A DNA stretch of 43,414 nt, taken from Cocleimonas sp. (lineage in GTDB: Bacteria; Pseudomonadota; Gammaproteobacteria; Thiotrichales; Thiotrichaceae). Shown here one piece after another: positions 28,085 to 36,366 of the stretch. How positions within the stretch are numbered: position 1 is the first letter of the stretch; every line of letters begins with the position of its first letter. Position numbers and translations under genes: made by a program. The stretch is taken from positions 1 through 43,414 of the forward strand of contig JAGLBW010000070.1 of assembly GCA_023146545.1 (NCBI GenBank), read 5' to 3'. The notes under the pieces are model-generated. The model saw nothing but the letters and a program-made list of their open reading frames with translations. It was not told where the DNA came from and made no database searches.

Positions 28085-28552
28085 ATGACTGAAAAGAAAC
28101 TTGCGATTATTGCAACAAAAGGTACATTGGATTGGGGCTATCCTCCCTTTATATTAGCTTCTACAGCATCAGCATTAGGTTATGATACTGAAATCTTTTG
28201 TACTTTTTATGGACTACAGTTGTTAAAGAAAGATTTGGACCTTCAAGTGTCATCATTAGGTAATCCTGGTATGCCAATGCCAATGCCAATGCCTGTATTG
28301 CTTCAAGCATTACCTGGGATGCAAAAAATGATGACCGTTATGATGAAGAAGAAGATGAAGGATAAAGGCGTTGCTGATTTAGGCGAGCTACGTGATTTAT
28401 GTGTTGAAGCCGAAGTGCGTTTATTAGCGTGTCAAATGACCGTTGATCTCTTCGAAATGGACACCAATGATTTTGTTGATAACGTTGATTATGTTGGTGC
28501 TGCATCCTTCTTTGAATTTGCAGGTGACTCTGATATTTGTTTATACATCTAA
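28085..28552 (+). CDS. DsrE/DsrF-like sulfur-relay family protein with a Met-rich insertion
   Basis: KLAIIATKGTLDWGYPPFILASTA, FFEFAG and a C-terminal conserved Cys region (LLACQMT) fit the DsrE-like (COG2210-type) fold. 10 of the 29 residues encoded at 28271-28357 are Met. Confidence 0.55.
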   Translation: MTEKKLAIIATKGTLDWGYPPFILASTASALGYDTEIFCTFYGLQLLKKDLDLQVSSLGNPGMPMPMPMPVLLQALPGMQKMMTVMMKKKMKDKGVADLGELRDLCVEAEVRLLACQMTVDLFEMDTNDFVDNVDYVGAASFFEFAGDSDICLYI

Positions 28553-28574
28553 ACGTATCCACTTGTGATTTTCA

Positions 28575-28605
28575 AAAAGCCGAGCGATGAATGCTCGGCT
28601 TTTTT
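28575..28605 (+). terminator. Rho-independent terminator
   Basis: aaaaagccgagc-gatgaat-gctcggct followed by ttttt. Confidence 0.8.
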
Positions 28606-28782
28606 ATGTCGGACGTTGCTGTTAATGCTTTAGAAACCTTTGCTGTCGAAAAAAAATTGTGCTTGCTGAGACCAAGGGTCTTAGTATAAAATAGCGCGTT
28701 TTTTAGCTGTCTGAGATATTCACTATCTTATGGAAAAATAATTATTTCAGGTTGCTTGTCAGAATAGATTCGGAGAATAATC

Positions 28783-29019
28783 ATGGCTCGTATATGCCAA
28801 GTAACAGGTAAACGCCCCGTAGCAGGTAATAATGTATCACACGCTAAAAACAGAACAAAACGACGTTTTTTACCTAACCTTCACACTCACCGTTTTTGGG
28901 TAGAAAGTGAGAACCGTTGGATCAAACTACGCCTTACTGCAAAAGGTATGCGTATTATTGATAAAAAAGGGATTGATGTCGTACTTGCTGATATGCGTAA
29001 ACGTGGCGAAAAAGTATAA
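28783..29019 (+). CDS. rpmB: 50S ribosomal protein L28
   Basis: [45 protein letters not shown] is near-identical in pattern to E. coli L28. Confidence 0.97.
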   Translation: MARICQVTGKRPVAGNNVSHAKNRTKRRFLPNLHTHRFWVESENRWIKLRLTAKGMRIIDKKGIDVVLADMRKRGEKV

Positions 29020-29049
29020 TTAATGACCTGTTGGTCTAAGGAATAAATC

Positions 29050-29205
29050 ATGCGTGATAAAATCAAATTAGTATCCAGTGCAGGCACAGGCTACTACTAC
29101 ACAACCACTAAAAACAAACGTACAATGACTGAAAAGCTATCGCTTAAAAAGTATGATCCTGTTGTACGCAAACATGTTATTTTTAAAGAAGCTAAAATCA
29201 AATAA
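29050..29205 (+). CDS. rpmG: 50S ribosomal protein L33
   Basis: Too short for the ORF track (51 aa). My translation is [51 protein letters not shown]. Confidence 0.95.
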   Translation: MRDKIKLVSSAGTGYYYTTTKNKRTMTEKLSLKKYDPVVRKHVIFKEAKIK

Positions 29206-29229
29206 GTTGATGCTAAGCTCTTTAAATAT

Positions 29230-29259
29230 AAAAAGCCTGTCTTCTGACAGGCTTTTTTG
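29230..29259 (+). terminator. Rho-independent terminator after rpmG
   Basis: agcctgtc-ttct-gacaggct followed by tttttt. Confidence 0.8.
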
Positions 29260-29341
29260 TTGCTGTATCAACAGGTGCTGATTCCATTTATTTTAGAAAC
29301 ATAGACTATAAAATGGATAATAAACTCATTGAGAAAAAAGA

Positions 29342-30178
29342 ATGAAACTACCTAAAAATATAACAAGAACGGTAACATTATCATTAGAAGAAGATATTGG
29401 AACAGGTGATGTCACCGCCGCACTCATTGATCCTACAGCACAATCCCAAGCCCACGTTATCTGTCGTGATCCTGCTATTTTGTCGGGTGTTGCATGGTTT
29501 AATGAAGTCTTTTTGCAGATTGACCCTAGCGTAATGATTCAATGGCATTATAGCGATGGTGATAGTATTGAAGCAGGTACTATTTTATGTGATTTATCAG
29601 GTAATTCCCGTGCTTTACTCAGCGGTGAACGTGCCGCTTTAAATTTTTTACAAACGTTATCAGCAACGGCAAGCTTCACACAACAATATGTAAACGCCAT
29701 AGCGGATACACCCGCTCGTATTTTAGACACTCGAAAAACACTGCCTAATTTACGTTTAGCTCAAAAATATGCGGTGACGTGTGGGGGCGGCAAAAATCAT
29801 CGTATCGCCTTGTACGATAGGGTATTGATTAAAGAAAATCATATTATGGCAACAGGCTCAATCACCAAGGCAATTGAAAAAGCCCGCGACTTGCACCCGC
29901 AGTTAAAAGTCGAAGTAGAAACCGAAAATTTAGACGAGTTTGCGGAAGCTTGTGCGGCTAAAGCCGACATTATTATGTTGGACAACTTTAGTTTAGAGGA
30001 CATGCGAACCGCTGTCGCATTGAATAAAACCGTTGATATTAAGCTAGAAGCTTCGGGGGGCATTAATCTGACAACCATTCGTCCCATTGCAGAAACAGGG
30101 GTTGATTACATTTCAATAGGACAGATTACCAAAGACATCCATTCGATTGATTTATCGATGCGGTTTCAAACGCCTTAA
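29342..30178 (+). CDS. nadC: Nicotinate-nucleotide pyrophosphorylase (quinolinate phosphoribosyltransferase)
   Basis: GERAALNFLQTLS, LDTRKTLPNLRLAQKYAV.CGGG.NHR, LIKENH and MLDNF motifs. Confidence 0.92.
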   Translation: MKLPKNITRTVTLSLEEDIGTGDVTAALIDPTAQSQAHVICRDPAILSGVAWFNEVFLQIDPSVMIQWHYSDGDSIEAGTILCDLSGNSRALLSGERAALNFLQTLSATASFTQQYVNAIADTPARILDTRKTLPNLRLAQKYAVTCGGGKNHRIALYDRVLIKENHIMATGSITKAIEKARDLHPQLKVEVETENLDEFAEACAAKADIIMLDNFSLEDMRTAVALNKTVDIKLEASGGINLTTIRPIAETGVDYISIGQITKDIHSIDLSMRFQTP

Positions 30179-30179
30179 G

Positions 30180-31103
30180 ATGAGAAAAAGAAATCATCTG
30201 AATGTTCCCTTGCCTGTACGTGATGGAGTCAGTGCCAGTCGCGTTTGGTTGCCTCAAGGTGAATGGATATTAATGCTTGATTTTTTAGTGGATAAATTCC
30301 CAAATATTGATAAAAAAGACATGATTGGGCGTATGGAACGCGGAGAGCTAATGGATAGCAAGGGGCAACGCTATTTGCCTAATAGCCCTTATCGGGGTGA
30401 CATCCATCTGTTTTATTACCGTGAATTAAAAAACGAAACCGAGATTCCATTTCAAGCCACCGTCTTGTATAGAAATGACCATATTTTAGTGATGGATAAG
30501 CCCCATTTTCTTCCCGTGACACCTTCAGGGCGGTTTTTGCATCAAAGTTTATTGGTTCGATTAAAAAAGGAATTTCAATTGGATCAATTGACCCCGATCC
30601 ACCGTATTGATCGAGAAACTGCAGGGGTCGTGATGTTTTGCATCAACCCTGAAAGTCGTGGACAGTATCAGTCTTTATTTCAGGCACGATGCGTTGAAAA
30701 AAACTACCAAGCCATTGTGACACTGAACCCAAAACATAAGATGACGTTTCCTTTTACCCATAAAAGCAAAATGGTCAACGGCACGCCTTTTTTTAGAATG
30801 AAAGAAATAGCAGGCAAACCCAACTCAGAAACCAGCATTCACCTCATCAAACAAAAAGAAACCCGCGCCTTATTAAATTTAAAACCCGTTAGCGGCAAAC
30901 AGCACCAACTGCGTGTACACCTAGCAGGTTTACACTTCCCCATTTTAAATGATCCTTTTTATCCTCAATTACTTCCCTGTAAAGGGGATGATTTTAGTCA
31001 GCCCTTACAACTACTGGCACAATCCATTGCCTTTAAAGATCCTATAACAGGAAACCCTTTTTATTTCGAAACGAAACGTCATTTAGACCTTCGTTATCTC
31101 TAA
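30180..31103 (+). CDS. RluA-family pseudouridine synthase
   Basis: Catalytic motif HRIDRETAGVVMF, with KPHFLPV upstream. The ATG at 30180, just after the nadC stop, is preferred over the overlapping track start at 30147. Confidence 0.8.
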   Translation: MRKRNHLNVPLPVRDGVSASRVWLPQGEWILMLDFLVDKFPNIDKKDMIGRMERGELMDSKGQRYLPNSPYRGDIHLFYYRELKNETEIPFQATVLYRNDHILVMDKPHFLPVTPSGRFLHQSLLVRLKKEFQLDQLTPIHRIDRETAGVVMFCINPESRGQYQSLFQARCVEKNYQAIVTLNPKHKMTFPFTHKSKMVNGTPFFRMKEIAGKPNSETSIHLIKQKETRALLNLKPVSGKQHQLRVHLAGLHFPILNDPFYPQLLPCKGDDFSQPLQLLAQSIAFKDPITGNPFYFETKRHLDLRYL

Positions 31104-31275
31104 ATACAGTTGACCATTTATCCATTTTTTGATGATTTTTTTTAAGATTATGCTTTAATAAAATGATGCGAGCGCAGGTTCTCGCCAAATTTGCTCATCA
31201 AATTTTATACATTGCCCTAATCAATAAAAAATACAAGGGCATCCCCTTTTCTAGCCGTATAAAAGAAGACTCATC

Positions 31276-31845
31276 ATGAAAAAAACTATTAAAAATCATT
31301 CGGGCTTTACGCTTATTGAAGCCGTTGTCACCGTTGCTGTGTTTGGTATTTTATTAAGTATGGCAATCCCCTCTTTTTCCAAGATGATTGAAAGTAATCG
31401 AATTTCATCAGGAACTAATATGTTTATGAGTGCGTTAATGCTGGCACGAAGTGAAGCCATTACCCGTAGCATTCCAACCAGTATTTGTGTCAGTGACACC
31501 GGTACAAGCTGTACCTCCTCGGGTAATTATGCAAAAGGCTGGATTGTTTTCTCTGATTGTAGCCGTGATGGCGTGATAAATGCAGTATCAACCTGTGATT
31601 TTGATGGTGATGGTACGAATGATGGTGACCGTATTATTAAAGTACACAATGGGTTTAAAAAGTTATCTATTTTAGGCGCATCAAACTCAACCCATCGTTT
31701 CACCTACACCCTTTCAGGCCGCCCCTCATCAGGTGTAACAAGATTTAAAGTCGGTGCAAAACCAACCGAACTTAAACAAAAGCTTACCATTGCGCTAACA
31801 GGTCGTGTTAAATTTTGCAAAATTGGAGAAACAGGCTGTAACTAA
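31276..31845 (+). CDS. Type IV pilin-like minor (pseudo)pilin, GspH/FimT family
   Basis: Prepilin leader and cleavage motif KNHSG-FTLIEAVVTVAVFGILL. The FimT/GspH-like region is IESNRISSGTNMFMSALMLARSEAI. Confidence 0.75.
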   Translation: MKKTIKNHSGFTLIEAVVTVAVFGILLSMAIPSFSKMIESNRISSGTNMFMSALMLARSEAITRSIPTSICVSDTGTSCTSSGNYAKGWIVFSDCSRDGVINAVSTCDFDGDGTNDGDRIIKVHNGFKKLSILGASNSTHRFTYTLSGRPSSGVTRFKVGAKPTELKQKLTIALTGRVKFCKIGETGCN

Positions 31846-32013
31846 CGTAGGACTCAAAACTAAATAACATCCTAATCTAACAAGATTTTTTATCACCTTT
31901 TAACCGTTCTCAATCATTGCGTAGCTCGACCATGCACCTCTTGAGAGAAATTAACCTGAAACTGAAACAAAAGCGCGGCGTTAGCATTTGGGACGTTATT
32001 TAATTCTGAACCC

Positions 32014-33768
32014 TTATTGCAATTGCTTGCGGTACTCCCTATTGGAAAACATATCTTCATCCGCCTGATAAACTTCACTGAAAACAGTGTATAAACCCAA
32101 TAAAGAATGCGATAAATTATCGTGAGAGTAAGCCCTTTTTTCTTTATTTTTTAGTTGCTTCATATTAATTTGATGGTTTTTTATATAGTTCTCAGAGAAC
32201 CATACCATCATAGGAACATGTGTTTGTGCGGCGGGTGCTAAAATATAAGGTAAGCCGTGTAGATAAATCCCCTTTTCCCCTAAAGACTCACCATGATCAG
32301 AAGCATATAACATAAAGGATTCGTATTGATCTTGATGAGCTTTTAAATAATCAATCAGCTGATTTAAAATAAAATCAGTGTAAAGAATCGTATTATCATA
32401 CGCATTTTTAATTTCTTCACTATTACATTCTTGAGGTGCACTTTTTTTACAATAGGGCTTAAACTGAGCAAAGGTTTTTGGATAACGTTTATAGTAGCTA
32501 GGGCCATGACTACCAAAGCTATGAAAGACGAGTAAAATATCTTGATCAGAGTGTTGAATAGTTTGGTCTAATTTATCCAAAACCACCGCATCATAATATT
32601 CCCCATTAGCATAGTAAACCGCTGTTTTTAACGGATGCGGAGACTTTTTATAATTGATCGATTCAATCCGCTCACAAACACCTTTGCAACTGGAGTTATT
32701 ATCCAACCAAAGCGTCTTAATACCTGCCTGTGTTAAAACATCCAAAACATTACTTTCTTTCTTCGCTTTAACGGGGGAATAATCCCCTCGTTTGAGAAAA
32801 GAAAACATACACGGCACTGAAAAAGCCGTTGATGTTCCACAGGAAGAAACATTAGAGAAATTACGCAAATTAGCTTGTTGTTTCAATAAAGGATTAGTCT
32901 CTTGTCGATAATTATTTAAGGAGAAATGATCTGCTCTAGCCGTCTCTCCCACCACCATAATACCAACCGTCCGCTTTTTTATTGGCTTATATTGCACCGC
33001 ATCTTCACCACGAACGTTAAATGGGATAGCTTTGCCTGCCCACTCACTTCGCGTATAACGATACAAAGAAAGCGCAGGAAAAACAGGCACAACATAAACC
33101 CGTAAATCCCTATTTTCACGAGAAAAAAAGCTCATGTATTTAAAATTCATCATAAAAAGAGCAAGTACAGTAAGCAGAATCCCCACAGCATAAACTATTC
33201 TAACCAGCAACTCTTTGACGAACGTTTTATACTGAATATCAACCCAAAGTATCCCTAACGAAGGCAATACCCCCAATAAAAAAACATGCCAAAGCAAGGG
33301 CGGAGAAAGAAGCTCCAAAGCTTCTTGTTGATTATTATCTTTAATGGTTTCAACCACATTTCTAACCATATCAACTTCAAAAATAACCCCCAAAGCTTGT
33401 GTAAAATAGCTCAATACAGCAGTGATCAAAAGAAATAAAATCAGGATAGGTTTTAGCAAGTATTTTTGTCCCAACAACAAAAAAAACAACACCAAGACCG
33501 TCATCATAACAAGGTTAAATATCACTAAATAACTTGCACCTTGGAAACTAAAAAGATCCAAGCGTTGACTGACTTCAGTAAAAAAAACACGATTATTCGC
33601 CAAAATAATAAAGGCTGAAACCAGTAAAATAAGGTGAGCAGAATATATTCTGAAGTGATGATAAAACAAGATAAAAAAGTCCCAAGCAAAGAAAAGCAAA
33701 AATAAAATGATCAAAAAATGAGCAAAAAGGTCATTATTTTTATGAATATACTCTTTTTTTAGCAACAT
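32014..33768 (-). CDS. Phosphoethanolamine transferase (EptA/PptA/MCR family)
   Basis: Five or so N-terminal TM helices followed by a sulfatase-type domain. Motifs are VVGETARADHFSLNNYRQETNP, SCGTSTAFSVPCMFS (catalytic Thr region), HSFGSHGPSYYKRYP and SDHGESLGE. Confidence 0.85.
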   Translation of the reverse strand: MLLKKEYIHKNNDLFAHFLIILFLLFFAWDFFILFYHHFRIYSAHLILLVSAFIILANNRVFFTEVSQRLDLFSFQGASYLVIFNLVMMTVLVLFFLLLGQKYLLKPILILFLLITAVLSYFTQALGVIFEVDMVRNVVETIKDNNQQEALELLSPPLLWHVFLLGVLPSLGILWVDIQYKTFVKELLVRIVYAVGILLTVLALFMMNFKYMSFFSRENRDLRVYVVPVFPALSLYRYTRSEWAGKAIPFNVRGEDAVQYKPIKKRTVGIMVVGETARADHFSLNNYRQETNPLLKQQANLRNFSNVSSCGTSTAFSVPCMFSFLKRGDYSPVKAKKESNVLDVLTQAGIKTLWLDNNSSCKGVCERIESINYKKSPHPLKTAVYYANGEYYDAVVLDKLDQTIQHSDQDILLVFHSFGSHGPSYYKRYPKTFAQFKPYCKKSAPQECNSEEIKNAYDNTILYTDFILNQLIDYLKAHQDQYESFMLYASDHGESLGEKGIYLHGLPYILAPAAQTHVPMMVWFSENYIKNHQINMKQLKNKEKRAYSHDNLSHSLLGLYTVFSEVYQADEDMFSNREYRKQLQ

Positions 33769-33899
33769 CCCTTGCTAAAAATAATCAAGCCGAACTATGA
33801 TAGTAACAAGTTTTTAATAAAGAAGAGGATGGTTTAACTCTTCTTGATTAAAGCACCCCCTCAAATATCATTCGGTATATCGATTCAGGTCACTATCAA

Positions 33900-34484
33900 A
33901 TGCTAGAAGAATGCCTCTTATTTCCACTGAAACACGTTTTGTACCCCCAAGGCGTTTTACCGCTGACGGTCTACAAAGATCATGAACTCTCACTGATTAC
34001 AAACAGTATAAAAACCAAACAACGCCTTGTTACTTCCTTGATTACAGAAGAACAAGCCATCAATAACAGCCATATACCCTATAATATTGGCACTATTGCA
34101 AAAATAGTAAATTTTAATTCACATCAGAACGGTTTATTAACCCTGTATTTTTGCGGACAAGAAAGAGTACGCATTCATTATTATGATCAAGATAATGGAC
34201 AACTTGTTGGGCACGTCAAGAAACTCAGCTCAACAAAAGACAACATCCCCCCCGAATATGCTTTTTTAGTCACCGACTTAAAACAGCGCTTTAATCGAAA
34301 AGGAATGAACGCCTATAAACAGCGCTATCAAACCAGAGACTGGCAAAGTGTTGAATGGGTGAGCTGTCGTTTAAGTGAACTACTACCACTATCATCTGAT
34401 CAACACTATAAATTATTAGCACTTGACCCTTACGAACGACTTAACCTTCTGAAAAAAATGATTATTAATAGTAGCTGGGTTTAA
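33900..34484 (+). CDS. LON substrate-binding (Lon N-terminal) domain protein
   Basis: LFPLKHVLYPQGVLPLTVYKDHE is typical of stand-alone Lon N-domain proteins. Confidence 0.6.
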   Translation: MLEECLLFPLKHVLYPQGVLPLTVYKDHELSLITNSIKTKQRLVTSLITEEQAINNSHIPYNIGTIAKIVNFNSHQNGLLTLYFCGQERVRIHYYDQDNGQLVGHVKKLSSTKDNIPPEYAFLVTDLKQRFNRKGMNAYKQRYQTRDWQSVEWVSCRLSELLPLSSDQHYKLLALDPYERLNLLKKMIINSSWV

Positions 34485-34780
34485 GCTCTATTGAGATCGG
34501 GTTATATTTTCACATTGTTAGATAATGCGTTGCTTCTATAGTTTTTCGATAAATTAACATTTTCTGCATTACAAAATGGGAATTTTGGTACGAGTGAAAA
34601 TAACATAAAAATTTATAGGACAGACCCTTTCAAACCACCGATTAAATTAGGGATGTCCTATTCTATTCCTACTTGTCGGGTTCCGTGTGATCATGGGCAT
34701 ATTCCAGAAAGAAGCTATGCTCTTTATCGTGCAAGACAGATCTTGCAGAAAGTGCTAAATGATAGCAAGGAAAAAATATA

Positions 34781-35782
34781 ATGGTCATTCACCCAGAAGC
34801 CCGAACTACCCCTCAAATTCGTGCTGAAATCAAGGCATCACTCGGCTCCAGTCAAAAAGTATTGGCTGAAAAATACAATGTTAGTCGACAGACTATTAAT
34901 AAATGGCAAACACGCGATGTGCCAACGGATAAAAGTCATCGTCCCGATCATTTGCAAACGACATTGACACCCCTCCAAGAGGAAGTAGTAGCCATATTAC
35001 GACAAACTCTTTTTTTACCCTTAGATGATCTCCTTGTTATTACAAAAGAATTTATCAATGAAAAGGCTACTCGAAGTGGCTTACATCGTACTCTAGTACG
35101 TTACGGTCTATCAAATCTCAATCAAATGCGTAAAGAGTTAGAGGAAGCGAGTGGAGAGAAAAAACCTCAAAAAAGCTTTAAGGACTACGACCCTGGATTT
35201 ATTCATATTGACATCAAATATTTACCAAAAATGCCTGATGAAGAACGTCGAAGCTATTTATTTGTTGCCATAGATAGAGCGACCCGTTGGGTGCATTTAG
35301 AAATATATCCCGATAAAACGGCAAAAAGTGCACAATGTTTTCTAGAGAATGTGGTTAACAAGGCGCCATTTCATATCAATAAGCTATTGACAGATAATGG
35401 TAAGGAATTTACTGATCGTTATATTCCTAATGGAGAGCGTGAACCAACTGGTAATCATGTCTTTGACCGAGTTTGCACAAAATATAATATTGAGCACCGT
35501 TTAACAAAGCCTGCACACCCTCAAACAAATGGCATGGTTGAACGGTTTAATGGACGTATTAGTGAGATAGTGAAAGGGACTGTTTTTTATTCAAGCAAAG
35601 AGCTAACTGACACAATGACAAACTACTTGAAAATTTACAATTATCATATTCCTCAACGTAATATTGGTCACATAACACCCATACAGAAACTAAAAGAATG
35701 GCAGGCAAAGCAGCCAGAATTATTCAAAAAGAAAGTTTATGATCTATCAGGACTTGACAACTACCCTTTGTCCAAGGTCTAA
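34781..35782 (+). mobile_element. IS481-family transposase (DDE, rve integrase core)
   Basis: N-terminal HTH region (HPEARTTPQIRAEI...YNVSRQTINKW). The DDE core reads HIDIKYLP...YLFVAIDRATRW...LLTDNGKEF...HPQTNGMVERFNGRI. I could not locate terminal inverted repeats by eye. Confidence 0.85.
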
Positions 35783-36366
35783 AGAATAAGTCATATGCCA
35801 AGTATAGACTGTATTTTTTCTATTTGAAATCACTATATATCAAACAAGTAATCAAAAAATACAATTACTTTTTCTTTGTTTTAGAGTACATTTTTTCTAC
35901 GATCAAAGTAATAATGATTAATTATTAATCAATTACAATTAACATTCTTTTTGATAGTTAATAACAAAATAATAATCTATCAATTCAGCCAATATTAAGT
36001 ATTTTTTAATTAAAATAATCAGTTTTACTGTATGATTTTTAGGCTAAATAACACCTGTAAAAAAGGCTTTTTTAGCTTTTTAATTACACCTATAAGTTAA
36101 AATTATAACAAAATTTACTTTTTAAAAACAATCACTTAAATCAAATTAAATACAGCATTACCTCTCTTTATTAGCCTTGTTATTCAAAATTAAACATTAG
36201 TAATAATGGTCTGTCGTTACGCTCAGCTCTAGCCTGATAAGTAGAATCAATGCATAATCCTAGACTTAAGTGGAGGGGTACTCCTGTTAATATCATCTAG
36301 GTTTGTAATACTAACGCTAACAACATGACTCCTTATTCTCATTCACCTTAGAATTAAACCATAACA

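Noticed and set aside
34500-35900. Attempted to define IS481 terminal inverted repeats and target-site duplication
   Set aside because: I could not find a convincing inverted match between the flanks by eye, so only the transposase gene is reported.
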